From Azolla caroliniana (lineage: Eukaryota > Plantae > Polypodiophyta), in the NCBI GenBank assembly GCA_043228905.1, contig JBHGNT010000039.1:124001-188000 (forward strand): a stretch of DNA of 64,000 bases. Reading direction: 5' to 3'. Below are positions 20,559 through 35,500 of the stretch, in pieces. Both the position numbers and the translations under genes were made by a program. Every line of letters begins with the position of its first letter. The stretch's first letter is position 1. Under the pieces are notes generated by a model that saw only the letters and a list, made by a program, of their open reading frames with translations, was not told the origin of the DNA and ran no database searches.

Positions 20559-23500
20559 ACGTTATTTTCAAAATCTTGATTTTTTAATTCCATATCATAG
20601 CTAGCGTTGTTAGCTTCGATTCGCATGTTTGAACACAAAAATCCGATATCACACGAGCCAGGTATGAACATTTTAATTTACTCAAGGGCTCCTCTCAACT
20701 CACTCCTCAAATTTGCTAATTTCGTCATGTCTCTCGACCTTAGTTTCAAAATCTTGATTTTTTAATTCCATATCATAGCTAGCGTTGTTAGCTTCGATTC
20801 GCATGTTTGAACACAAAAATCCGATATCACACGTGCTAGGTATAACCAATTTAATTTACTCAAGGGCTCCTCTCAACTCACTCCTCAAATTTGCTAATTT
20901 CGTCATGTCTCTCGACCTTAGTTTCAAAATCTTCATTTTTTAATTCCATATCATAGCTAGCGTTGTTAGCTTCGATTCACATGTTTGAACACAAAAATCC
21001 GATATCACACGAGTTAGGTATCAACATTTTTATTTACTCAAGGGTTCCTCTCAACTCCCTCATCAAGGTTGCTAATTTCGTCATATCTCTCGACCTGAGT
21101 TTCAAAATCTTGATTTTTTAAATCCATATTATAGCTAGCGTTGTTGGCTTCGATTCGCATGTTTGAACACAAAAATCCGATATCATACGAGCCAGGTATG
21201 AACATTGTAATTTACCTACTAGCTCTTCTCAACTCCCTCCTCAAATTTGCTAATTTCGTCATGTCTCTCGACCTTAGTTTCAAAATCTTGATTTTTTAAT
21301 TCCATATCATAGCTAGCGTTGTTAGCTTCGATTCGCATGTTTGAACACAAAAATCCGATATCACACGTGCTAGGTATAACCAATTTAATTTACTCAAGGG
21401 CTCCTCTCAACTCACTCCTCAAATTTGGTAATTTCGTCATGTCTCTCGACCTTAGTTTCAAAATCTTGATTTTTTAATTCCATATCATAGCTAGCGTTGT
21501 TAGCTTCGATTCGCATGTTTGGACTCAAAAATCCGATATCACACGAGTTAGGTATCAACATTTTTATTTACTCAACGGTTCCTCTCAACTCCCTCGTCAA
21601 GGTTGCTAATTTCGTCATATCTCTCGACCTGAGTTTCAAAATCTTGATTTTTTAAATCCATATCATAGCTAGCGTTGTTGGCTTCGATTCGCATGTTTGA
21701 ACACAAAAATCCGATATCACACGAGCCAAGTATGAACATTGTAATTTACCTACTAGCTCTTCTCAACTCCCTCCTCAAATTTGCTAATTTCGTCATGTCT
21801 CTCGACCTTAGTTTCAAAATCTTGATTTTTTAATTCCATATCATAGCTAGCGTTGTTAGCTTCGATTCGCATGTTTGGACACAAAATTCCGATATCACAC
21901 GAACCAGGTATGAACATTTTAATTCACTCACGCGCTCTTCCAACCTCACTCCTCAAATTTGGTAATTTCTTCATGTCTCTCGACTTGAGTTGCAAAATCT
22001 TGATTTTTTAATTCCATATCATAGCTAACGTTGTTAGCTTCGATTCGCATGTTTGAACACAGAAATCCGATATCACACGAGCCAGGTATGAACATTTTAA
22101 TTTACTCAAGGGCTCCTCTCAACTCCCTCCTCAAATTTTGTAATTTCGTCATGTTTCTCGACCTGGGTGTCAAAATCTTGATTTTTTAATTCCATATCAT
22201 AGCTAGCGTTGTTAGCTTCGATTCGCATGTTTGAACACAAAAATCTGATATCACACTCGCTAGGTATAACCATTTTAATTTACTCAAGGGCTCCTCTCAA
22301 CTCACTCCTCAAATTTGGTAATTTCGTCATGTCTCTCGACCTTAGTTTCAAAATCTTGATTTTTTAATTCCATATCATAGCTAGCGTTGTTAGCTTCGAT
22401 TCGCATGTTTGAACACAAAAATCCGATATCACACGAGCCAGGTATGAACCAATTTAATTTACTCAAGGGCTCCTCTCAACTCCCTCCTCAAATTTGCTAA
22501 TTTCGTCATGTCTCTTGACCTGAGTTTCAAAATCTTGATTTTTTAATTCCATATCATAGCTAGCGTTGTTAGCTTCGATTCGCATGTTTGAACACAAAAA
22601 TCCGATATCACACGAGCCAGGTATGAACATTTTAATTTACTCAAGGGCTCCTCTCAACTCCCTCCTCAAATTTGGTAATTTCGTCATGTCTCTTGACCTG
22701 AGTTTCAAAATCTTGATTTTTTAATTCCATATCATAGCTAGCGTTGTTAGCTTCGATTCGCATGTTTGAACACAAAAATCCGATATCACACGTGCTAGGT
22801 ATAACCAATTTAATTTACTCAAGGGCTCCTCTCAACTCACTCCTCGAATTTGGTAATTTCGTCATGTCTCTCGACCTTAGTTTCAAAATCTTGATTTTTT
22901 AATTCCATATCATAGCTAGCGTTGTTAGCTTCGATTCGCATGTTTGAACACAAAAATCCGATATCACACGAGCCAGGTATGAACATTTTAATTTACTCAA
23001 GGGCTCCTCTCAACTCACTCCTCAAATTTGCTAATTCCGTCATGTCTCTCGACCTTAGTTTCAAAATCTTGATTTTTTAATTCCATATCATAGCTAGCGT
23101 TGTTAGCTTCGATTCGCATGTTTGAACACAAAAATCCGATATCACACGTGCTAGGTATAACCAATTTAATTTACTCAAGGGCTCCTCTCAACTCACTCCT
23201 CGAATTTGGTAATTTCGTCATGTCTCTCGACCTTAGTTTCAAAATCTTGATTTTTTAATTCCATATCATAGCTAGCGTTGTTAGCTTCGATTCGCATGTT
23301 TGAACACAAAAATCCGATATCACACGAGTTAGGTATCAACATTTTTATTTACTCAAGGGTTCCTCTCAACTCCCTCGTCAAGGTTGCTAATTTCGTCATA
23401 TCTCTCGACCTGAGTTTCAAAATCTTGATTTTTTAATTCCATATCATAGCTAGCGTTGTTAGCTTCGATTCGCATGTTTGTACACAAATATCCGATATCA

Positions 23501-26500
23501 CACGAGCTAGGTATGAACATTTTAATTTACTCAAGGGCTCCTCTCAACTCACTCCTCAAATTTGCTAATTTCGTCATGTCTCTCGACGTTAGTTTCAAAA
23601 TCTTGATTTTTTAATTCCATATCATAACTAGCGTTGTTAGCTTCGATTCGCATGTTTGAACACAAAAATCCGATATCACACGAGCCAGGTATGAACATTT
23701 TAATTTACTCAAGGGCTCCTCTCAACTCCCTCCTCAAATTTGCTAATTTCGTCATGTCTCTCGACCTTAGTTTCAAAATCTTGATTTTTTAAATCCATAT
23801 CATAGCTAGCGTTGTTGGCTTCGATTCGCATGTTTGAACACAAAAATCCGATATCACACGCGCTAGGTATGAACATTTTTATTTACTCTAGGGCTTTTGT
23901 CAACTCCCTCGTCAAGGTTGCTAATTTCGTCATGTCTCTCGACCTTAGTTTCAAAATCTTGATTTTTTTAATTCCATATCATAGCTAGCGTTGTTAGCTT
24001 CGATTCGCATGTTTGAACACAAAAATCCGATATCACACGAGCTAGGTATGAACATTTTTATTTACTCAAGGGCTCCTCTCAACTCCCTCGTCAAGGTTGC
24101 TAATTTCGTCATGTCTCTCGACCTGAGTTTCAAAATCTTGATTTTTTAATTCCATATCATAGCTAACGTTGTTAGCTTCGATTCGCATGTTTGAACACAG
24201 AAATCCGATATCACACGAGCTAGGTATGAACATTTTAATTTACTCAAGGGCTCCTCTCAACTCCCTCCTCAAATTTTGTAATTTCGTCATGTCTCTCGAC
24301 CTGGGTTTCAAAATCTTGATTTTTTAATTCCATATCATAGCTAGCGTTGTTAGCTTCGATTCGCATGTTTGAACACAAAAATCCCATATCACACTCGCTA
24401 GGTATCACCATTTTAATTTACTCAAGGGCTCCTCTCAACTCACTCCTCAAATTTTGTAATTTCGTCATGTCTCTCGACCTTAGTTTCAAAATCTTGATTT
24501 TTTAATTCCATATCATAGCTAGCGTTGTTAGCTTCGATTCGCATGTTTGAACACAAAAATCCGATATCACACGAGCCAGGTATGAACCAATTTAATTTAC
24601 TCAAGGGCTCCTCTCAACTCCCTCTTCAAATTTGCTAATTTCGTCATGTCTCTCGACCTTAGTTTCAAAATCTTGATTTTTTAATTCCATATCATAGCTA
24701 GCGTTGTTAGCTTCGATTCGCATGTTTGAACACAAAAATCCGATATCACACGAGCCAGGTATGAACAGTGTAATTTACTCAAGGGCTCTTCTCAACTCAC
24801 TCCTCAAATTTGCTAATTTCGTCATGTCTCTCGACGTTAGTTTCAAAATCTTGATTTTTTAATTCCATATCATAGCTAGCGTTGTTAGCTTCGATTCGCA
24901 TGTTTGAACACAAAAATCCGATATCACACGAGCCAGGTATGAACATTTTAATTTACTCAAGGGCTCCTCTCAACTCACTCCTCAAATTTGCTAATTTCGT
25001 CATGTCTCTCGACCTTAGTTTCAAAATCTTGATTTTTTAATTCCATATCATAGCTAGCGTTGTTAGCTTCGATTCGCATGTTTGAACACAAAAATCCGAT
25101 ATCACACGAGCCAGGTATGAACATTTTAATTTACTCAAGGGCTCCTCTCAACTCCCTCCTCAAATTTGGTAATTTCGTCATGTCTCTTGACCTGAGTTTC
25201 AAAATCTTGATTTTTTAAATCCATATCATAGCTAGCGTTGTTGGCTTCGATTCGCATGTTTGTACACAAATATCCGATATCACACGAGCTAGGTATGAAC
25301 ATTTTAATTTACTCAAGGGCTCCTCTCAACTCACTCCTCAAATTTGCTAATTTCGTCATGTCTCTCGACGTTAGTTTCAAAATCTTGATTTTTTAATTCC
25401 ATATCATAGCTAGCGTTGTTAGCTTCGATTCGCATGTTTGAACATAAAAATCCGATATCACACGAGCCAGGTATGAACATTTTAATTTACTCAAGGGCTC
25501 CTCTCAACTCCCTCCTCAAATTTGGTAATTTCATCATGTCTCTTGACCTGAGTTTCAAAATCTTGATTTTTTAATTCCATATCATAGCTAGCGTTGTTAG
25601 CTTCGATTCGCATGTTTGAACACAAAAATCCGATATCACACGAGCTAGGTATGAACATTTTAATTTACTCAAGGGCTCCTCTCAACTCCCTCCTCAAATT
25701 TGGTAATTTCGTCATGTCTCTTGACCTTAGTTTCAAAATCTTGATTTTTTAATTCCATATCATAGCTAGCGTTGTTAGCTTCGATTCGCATGTTTGAACA
25801 CAAAAATCCGATATCACACGAGCTAGGTATGAACATTTTTATTTACTCAAGGGCTCCTCTCAACTCCCTCGTCAAGGTTGCTAATTTCGTCATGTCTCTC
25901 GACCTTAGTTTCAAAATCTTGATTTTTTTAATTCCATATCATAGCTAGCGTTGTTAGCTTCGATTCGCATGTTTGAACACAAAAATCTGATATCACACGA
26001 GCTAGGTATGAACATTTTTATTTACTCAAGGGCTCCTCTCAACTCCCTCCTCAAATTTGGTAATTTCGTCATGTCTCTCGACTTTAGTTTCAAAATCTTG
26101 ATTTTTTAATTCCGTATCATAGCTAGCGTTGTTAGCTTCGATTCACATGTTTGAACACAAAAATCCGATATCACACGAGCTAGGTATGAACATTTCTATT
26201 TACTCAAGGGCTCCTCTCAACTCCCTCGTCAAGGTTGCTAATTTCGTCATGTCTCTCGACCTTAGTTTCAAAATCTTGATTTTTTTAATTCCATATCATA
26301 GCTAGCGTTGTTAGCTTCGATTCGCATGTTTGAACACAAAAATCCGATATCACACGAGCTAGGTATGAACATTTTTATTTACTCAAGGGCTCCTCTCAAC
26401 TCCCTCGTCAAGGTTGCTAATTTCGTCATGTCTCTCGACCTGAGTTTCAAAATCTTGATTTTTTAATTCCATATCATAGCTAGCGTTGTTAGCTTCGATT

Positions 26501-29500
26501 CACATGTTTGAACACAAAAATCCGATATCACACGAGCTAGGTATGAACATTTTTATTTACTCAAGGGCTCCTCTCAACTCCCTCGTCAAGGTTGCTAATT
26601 TCGTCATGTCTCTCGACCTTAGTTTCAAAATCTTGATTTTTTTAATTCCATATCATAGCTAGCGTTGTTAGCTTCGATTCGCATGTTTGAACACAAAAAT
26701 CCGATATCACACGAGCTAGGTATGAACATTTTTATTTACTCAAGGGCTCCTCTCAACTCCCTCGTCAAGGTTGCTAATTTCGTCATGTCTCTCGACCTGA
26801 GTTTCAAAATCTTGATTTTTTAATTCCATATCATAGCTAACGTTGTTATCTTCGATTCGCATGTTTGAACACAGAAATCCGATATCACACGAGCCAGGTA
26901 TGAACATTTTAATTTACTCAAGGGCTCCTCTCAACTCCCTCCTCAAATTTTGTAATTTCGTCATGTCTCTCGACCTTAGTTTCAAAATCTTGATTTTTTA
27001 ATTCCATATCATAGCTAGCGTTGTTAGCTTCGATTCGCATGTTTGAACACAAAAATCCGATATCACACGAGCTAGGTATGAACATTTCTATTTACTCAAG
27101 GGCTCCTCTCAACTCCCTCGTCAAGGTTGCTAATTTCGTCATACCTCTCGACCTGAGTTTCAAAATCTTGATTTTTTAAATCCATATCATAGCTAGCGTT
27201 GTTGGCTTCGATTCGCATGTTTGAACACAAAAATCCAATATCACACGAGCCAGGTATGAACATTGTAATTTACCTACTAGCTCTTCTCAACTCCCTCCTC
27301 AAATTTGCTAATTTCGTCATGTCTCTCGACCTTAGTTTCAAAATCTTGATTTTTTAATTCCATATCATAGCTAGCGTTGTTAGCTTCGATTCGCATGTTT
27401 GAACACAAAAATCCGATATCACACGTGCTAGGTATAACCAATTTAATTTACTCAAGGGCTCCTCTCAACTCACTCCTCAAATTTGCTAATTTCGTCATGT
27501 CTCTCGACCTTAGTTTCAAAATCTTGATTTTTTAATTCCATATCATAGCTAGCGTTGTTAGCTTCGATTCGCATGTTTGGACACAAAAATCCGATATCAC
27601 ACGAGCCAGGTATGAACCAATTTAATTTACTCAAGGGCTCCTCTCAACTCACTCCTCAAATTTGCTAATTTCGTCATGTCTCTCGACCTTAGTTTCAAAA
27701 TCTTGATTTTTTAATTCCATATCATAGCTAGCGTTGTTAGCTTCGATTCGCATGTTTGAACACAAAAATCCGATATCACACGAGCCAGGTATGAACATTT
27801 TAATTTACTCAAGGGCTCCTCTCAACTCCCTCCTCAAATTTTGTAATTTCGTCATGTCTCTCGACCTGGGTTTCAAAATCTTGATTTTTTAATTCCATAT
27901 CATAGCTAACGTTGTTAGCTTCGATTCGCATGTTTGAACACAAAAATCCGATATCACACGAGCCAGGTATGAACATTTTAATTTACTCAAGGGCTCCTCT
28001 CAACTCACTCCTCAAATTTGCTAATTTCGTCATGTCTCTCGACCTTAGTTTCAAAATCTTGATTTTTTAATTCCATATCATAGCTAGCGTTGTTAGCTTC
28101 GATTCGCATGTTTGAACACAAAAATCCGATATCACACGTGCTAGGTATAACCAATTTAATTTACTCAAGGGCTCCTCTCAACTCACTCCTCGAATTTGGT
28201 AATTTCGTCATGTCTCTCGACCTTAGTTTCAAAATCTTGATTTTTTAATTCCATATCATAGCTAGCGTTGTTAGCTTCAATTCGCATGTTTGAACACAAA
28301 AATCCGATATCACACGAGCTAGGTATGAACATTTTTATTTACTCAAGGGTTCCTCTCAACTCCCTCGTCAAGGTTGCTAATTTCGTCATACCTCTCGACC
28401 TGAGTTTCAAAATCTTGATTTTTTAATTCCATATCATAGCTAGCGTTGTTAGCTTCGATTCGCATGTTTGAACACAAAAATCCGATATCACACGAGCCAG
28501 GTATGAACATTTTAATTTACTCAAGGGCTCCTCTCAACTCACTCCTCAAATTTGCTAATTTCGTCATGTCTCTCGACCTTAGTTTCAAAATCTTGATTTT
28601 TTAATTCCATATCATAGCTAGCGTTGTTAGCTTCGATTCGCATGTTTGAACACAAAAATCCCATATCACACGAGCTAGGTATGAACATTTTTATTTACTC
28701 AAGGGCTCCTCTCAACTCCCTCGTCAAGGTTGCTAATTTCGTCATGTCTCTCGACCTGAGTTTCAAAATCTTGATTTTTTAATTCCATATCATAGCTAAC
28801 GTTGTTAGCTTCGATTCGCATGTTTGAACACAGAAATCCGATATCACACGAGCCAGGTATGAACATTTTAATTTACTCAAGGGCTCCTCTCAACTCCCTC
28901 CTCAAATTTTGTAATTTAGTCATGTCTCTCGACCTGGGTTTCAAAATCTTGATTTTTTAATTCCATATCATAGCTAGCGTTGTTAGCTTCGATTCGCATG
29001 CTTGAACACAAAAATCCGATATCACACGAGCCAGGTATGAACATTTTAATTTACTCAAGGGCTCCTCTCAACTCCCTCCTCAAATTTGGTAATTTCATCA
29101 TGTCTCTTGACCTGAGTTTCCAAATCTTGATTTTTTAATTCCATATCATAGCTAACGTTGTTAGCTTCGATTCGCATGTTTGAACACAGAAATCCGATAT
29201 CACACTAGCCAGGTATGAACATTTTAATTTACTCAAGGGCTCCTCTCAACTCCCTCCTCAAATTTTGTAATTTCGTCATGTCTCTCGACCTGGGTTTCAA
29301 AATCTTGATTTTTTAATTCCATATCATAGCTAGCGTTGTTAGCTTCGATTCGCATGTTTGAACCCAGAAATCCGATATCACACGAGCCAGGTATGAACAT
29401 TTTAATTTACTCAAGGGCTCCTCTCAACTCCCTCCTCAAATTTTGTAATTTCGTCATGTCTCTCGACCTGGGTTTCAAAATCTTGATTTTTTAATTCCAT

Positions 29501-32500
29501 ATCATAGCTAGCGTTGTTAGCTTCGATTCGCATGTTTGAACACAAAAATCCGATATAACACGTGCTAGGTATAACCAATTTAATTTACTCAAGGGCTCCT
29601 CTCAACTCCCTCCTCAAATTTGCTAATTTCGTCATGTCTCTCGACGTTAGTTTCAAAATCTTGATTTTTTAATTCCATATCATAGCTAGTGTTGTTAGCT
29701 TCGATTCGCATGTTTGAACACAAAAATCCGATATCACACGAGCCAGGTATGAACATTTTAATTTACTCAAGGGCTCCTCTCAACTCACTCCTCAAATTTG
29801 CTAATTTCGTCATGTCTCTCGACCTGAGTTTCAAAATCTTGATTTTTTAATTCCATATCATAGCTAACGTTGTTAGCTTCGATTCGCATGTTTGAACACA
29901 GAAATCCGATATCATACTAGCCAGGTATGAACATTATAATTTACTCAAGGGCTCCTCTCAACTCCCTCCTCAAATTTTGTAATTTCGTCATGTCTCTCGA
30001 CCTGGGTTTCAAAATCTTGATTTTTTAATTCCATATCATAGCTAGCGTTGTTAGCTTCGATTCGCATGTTTGAACCCAGAAATTCGATATCACACGAGCC
30101 AGGTATGAACATTTTAATTTACTCAAGGGCTCCTCTCAACTCCCTCCTCAAATTTTGTAATTTCGTCATGTCTCTCGACCTGGGTTTCAAAATCTTGTTT
30201 TTTTAATTCCATATCATAGCTAGCGTTGTTAGCTTCGATTCGCATGTTTGAACACAAAAATCCGATATCACACGAGCCAGGTATGAACAATTTAATTTAC
30301 TCAAGGGCTCCTCTCAACTCCCTCCTCAAATTTGGTAATTTCGTCATGTCTCTTGACCTGAGTTTCAAAATCTTGCTTTTTTAATTCCATATCATAGCTA
30401 GCGTTGTTAGCTTCGATTCGCAAGTTTGAACACAAAAATCCGATATCACACGAGCCAGGTATGAACATTTTAATTTACTCAAGGGCTCCTCTCAACTCAC
30501 TCCTCAAATTTGCTAATTTCGTCATGTCTCTCGACGTTAGTTTCAAAATCTTGATTTTTTAATTCTATATCATAGCTAGCGTTGTTAGCTTCGATTCGCA
30601 TGTTTGAACACAAAAATCCGATATCACACGAGCCAGGTATGAACATTTTAATTTACTCAAGGGCTCCTCTCAACTCACTCCTCAAATTTGCTAATTTCGT
30701 CATGTCTCTCGACCTTAGTTTCAAAATCTTGATTTTTTAATTCCATATCATAGCTAGCGTTGTTAGCTTCGATTCGCATGTTTGAACACAAAAATCCGAT
30801 ATCACACGAGCTAGGTATAACCAATTTAATTTACTCAAGGGCTCCTCTCAACTCACTCCTCAAATTTGCTAATTTCGTCATGTCTCTCGACCTTAGTTTC
30901 AAAATCTTGATTTTTTAATTCCATATCATAGCTAGCGTTGTTAGCTTCGATTCGCATGTTTGAACACAAAAATCCGATATCACACGAGCCAGGTATGAAC
31001 ATTTTAATTTACTCAAGGGCTCCTCTCAACTCCCTCCTCAAATTTTGTAATTTCGTCATGTCTCTCGACCTGGGTTTCATAATCTTGATATTTTAATTCC
31101 ATATCATAGCTAGCGTTGTTAGCTTCGATTCGCATGTTTGTACACAAATATCCGATATCACACGAGCTAGGTATGAACATTTTAATTTAATCAAGGGCTC
31201 CTCTCAACTCACTCCTCAAATTTGCTAATTTCGTCATGTCTCTCGACGTTAGTTTCAAAATCTTGATTTTTTAATTCTATATCATAGCTAGCGTTGTTAG
31301 CTTCGATTCGCATGTTTGAACACAAAAATCCGATATCACACGAGCCAGGTATGAACGTTTTAATTTACTCAAGGGCTCCTCTCAACCCACTCCTCAAATT
31401 TGCTAATTTCGTCATGTCTCTCGACCTTAGTTTCAAAATCTTGATTTTTTAATTCCATATCATAGCTAGCGTTGTTAGCTTCGATTCGCATGTTTGAACA
31501 CAAAAATCCGATATCACACGTGCTAGGTATAACCAATTTAATTTACTCAAGGGCTCCTCTCAACTCACTCCTCAAATTTGCTAATTTCGTCATGTCTCTC
31601 GACCTTAGTTTCAAAATCTTGATTTTTTAATTCCATATCATAGCTAGCGTTGTTAGCTTCGATTCGCATGTTTGAACACAAAAATCCGATATCACACGAG
31701 TTAGGTATCAACATTTTTATTTACTCAAGGGTTCCTCTCAACTCCCTCGTCAAGGTTGCTAATTTCGTCATATCTCTCGACCTGAGTTTCAAAATCTTGA
31801 TTTTTTAAATCCATATCATAGCTAGCGTTGTTGGCTTCGATTCGCATGTTTGAACACAAAAATCCGATATCACACGAGCTAGGTATGAACATTTTAATTT
31901 ACTCAAGGGCTCCTCTCAACTCACTCCTCAAATTTGCTAATTTCGTCATGTCTCTCGACGTTAGTTTCAAAATCTTGATTTTTTAATTCTATATCATAGC
32001 TAGCGTTGTTAGCTTCGATTCGCATGTTTGAACACAAAAATCCGATATCACACGAGCTAGGTATGAACATTTTAATTTACTCAAGGGCTCCTCTCAACTC
32101 ACTCCTCAAATTTGCTAATTTCGTCATGTCTCTCGACGTTAGTTTCAAAATCTTGATTTTTTAATTCTATATCATAGCTAGCGTTGTTAGCTTCGATTCG
32201 CATGTTTGAACACAAAAATCCGATATCACACGAGCCAGGTATGAACATTTTAATTTACTCAAGGCCTCCTCTCAACTCACTCCTAATATTTGCTAATTTC
32301 GTCATGTCTCTCGACCTTAGTTTCAAAATCTTGATTTTTTAATTCCATATCATAGCTAGCGTTGTTAGCTTCGATTCGCATCTTTGAACACAAAAATCCG
32401 ATATCACACGTGCTAGGTATAACCAATTTAATTTACTCAAAGGCTCCTCTCAACTCATTCCTCAAATTTGGTAATTTCGTCATGTCTCTCGACCTTAGTT

Positions 32501-35500
32501 TCAAAATCTTGATTTTTTAATTCCATATCATAGCTAGCGTTGTTAGCTTCGATTCGCATGTTTGAACACAAAAATCCGATATCACACGAGTTAGGTATCA
32601 ACATTTTTATTTACTCAAGGGTTCCTCTCAACTCCCTCGTCAAGTTTGCTAATTTCGTCATATCTCTCGACCTGAGTTTCAAAATCTTGATTTTTTAAAT
32701 CCATATCATAGCTAGCGTTGTTGGCTTCGATTCGCATGTTTGAACACAAAAATCCGATATCACACGAGCCAGGTATGAACATTGTAATTTACCTACTAGC
32801 TCTTCTCAACTCCCTCCTCAAATTTGCTAATTTCGTCATGTCTCTCGACCTTAGTTTCAAAATCTTGATTTTTTAATTCCATATCATAGCTAGCGTTGTT
32901 AGCTTCGATTCGCATGTTTGAACACAAAAATCCGATATCACACGTGCTAGGTATAACCAATTTAATTTACTCAAGGGCTCCTCTCAACTCACTCCTCAAA
33001 TTTGGTAATTTCGTCATGTCTCTCGACCTTAGTTTCAAAATCTTGATTTTTTTAATTCCATATCATAGCTAGCGTTGTTAGCTTCGATTCGCATGTTTGA
33101 ACACAAAAATCCGATATCACACGAGTTAGGTATCAACATATTTATTTACTCAACGGTTCCTCTCAACTCCCTCGTCAAGGTTGCTAATTTCGTCATATCT
33201 CTCGACCTGAGTTTCAAAATCTTGATTTTTTAAATCCATATCATAGCTAGCGTTGTTGGCTTCGATTCGCATGTTTGAACACAAAAATCCGATATCACAC
33301 GAGCCAGGTATGAACATTGTAATTTACCTACTAGCTCTTCTCAACTCCCTCCTCAAATTTGCTAATTTCGTCATGTCTCTCGACCTTAGTTTCAAAATCT
33401 TGATTTTTTAATTCCGTATCATAGCTAGCGTTGTTAGCTTCGATTCGCATGTTTGAACACAAAAATCCGATATCACACGAGCTAGGTATGAACATTTTTA
33501 TTTACTCAAGGGTTCCTCTCAACTCCCTCGTCAAGATTGCTAATTTCGTCATACCTCTCGACCTGAGTTTCAAAATCTTGATTTTTTAAATCCATATCAT
33601 AGCTAGCGTTGTTGGCTTCGATTCGCATGTTTGAACACAAAAATCCGATATCACACGAGCCAGGTATGAACATTGTAATTTACCTACTAGCTCTTCTCAA
33701 CTCCCTCCTCAAATTTGCTAATTTCGTCATGTCTCTCGACCTTAGTTTCAAAATCTTGATTTTTTAATTCCATATCATAGCTAGCGTTGTTAGCTTCGAT
33801 TCGCATGTTTGAACACAAAAATCCGATATCACACGAGCCAGGTATGAACATTTTAATTTACTCAAGGGCTCCTCTCAACTCCCTCCTCAAATTTTGTAAT
33901 TTCGTCATGTCTCTCGACCTGGGTTTCATAATCTTGATATTTTAATTCCATATCATAGCTAGCGTTGTTAGCTTCGATTCGCATGTTTGTACACAAATAT
34001 CCGATATCACACGAGCTAGGTATGAACATTTTAATTTAATCAAGGGCTCCTCTCAACTCACTCCTCAAATTTGCTAATTTCGTCATGTCTCTCGACGTTA
34101 GTTTCAAAATCTTGATTTTTTAATTCTATATCATAGCTAGCGTTGTTAGCTTCGATTCGCATGTTTGAACACAAAAATCCGATATCACACGAGCCAGGTA
34201 TGAACGTTTTAATTTACTCAAGGGCTCCTCTCAACCCACTCCTCAAATTTGCTAATTTCGTCATGTCTCTCGACCTTAGTTTCAAAATCTTGATTTTTTA
34301 ATTCCATATCATAGCTAGCGTTGTTAGCTTCGATTCGCATGTTTGAACACAAAAATCCGATATCACACGAGCCAGGTATGAACATTTTAATTTACGCAAG
34401 GGCTCTTCTCAACTCCCTCCTCAAATTTAGTAATTTCGTCATGTCTCTCGACCTTAGTTTCAAAATCTTGATTTTTTAATTCCATATCATAGCTAGCGTT
34501 GTTAGCTTCGATTCGCATGTTTGAACACAAAAATCCGATATCACACGAGCTAGGTATGAACATTTTAATTTACTCAAGGGCTCCTCTCAACTCCCTCCTC
34601 AAATTTGGTAATTTCGTCATGTCTCTCGACCTGGGTTTCAAAATCTTGATTTTTTAATTCCATATTATAGCTAGCGTTGTTAGCTTTGAGTCGCATGTTT
34701 GAACACAAAAATCCGATATCACACGAGCCAGGTATGAACATTTTAATTTACTCAAGGGCTCCTCTCAACTCCCTCCTCAAATTTGGTAATTTCGTCATGT
34801 CTCTTGACCTGAGTTTCGAAATCTTGATTTTTTAATTCCATATCATAGCTAGCGTTGTTAGCTTCGATTCGCATGTTTGTACACAAATATCCGATATCAC
34901 ACGAGCTAGGTATGAACATTTTAATTTACTCAAGGGCTCCTCTCAACTCACTCCTCAAATTTGGTAATTTCGTCATGTCTCTCGACGTTAGTTTCAAAAT
35001 CTTGATTTTTTAATTCCATATCATAGCTAGCGTTGTTAGCTTCGATTCGCATGTTTGAACACAAAAATCCGATATCACACGAGCTAGGTATGAACATTTT
35101 AATTTACTCAAGGGCTCCTCTCAACTCCCTCCTCAAATTTTGTAATTTCGTCATGTCTCTCGACCTGGGTTTCAAAATCTTGATTTTTTAATTCCATATC
35201 ATAGCTAGCGTTGTTAGCTTCGATTCGCATGTTTGAACACAAAAATCCGATATCACACGAGTTAGGTATCAACATTTTTATTTACTAAAGGGTTCCTCTC
35301 AACTCCCTCGTCAAGGTTGCTAATTTCGTCATATCTCTCGACCTGAGTTTCAAAATCTTGATTTTTTAAATCCATATCATAGCTAGCGTTGTTGGCTTCG
35401 ATTCGCATGTTTGAACACAAAAATCCGATATCACACGAGTTAGGTATCAACATTTTTATTTACTCAAGGGTTCCTCTCAACTCCCTCGTCAAGGTTGCTA

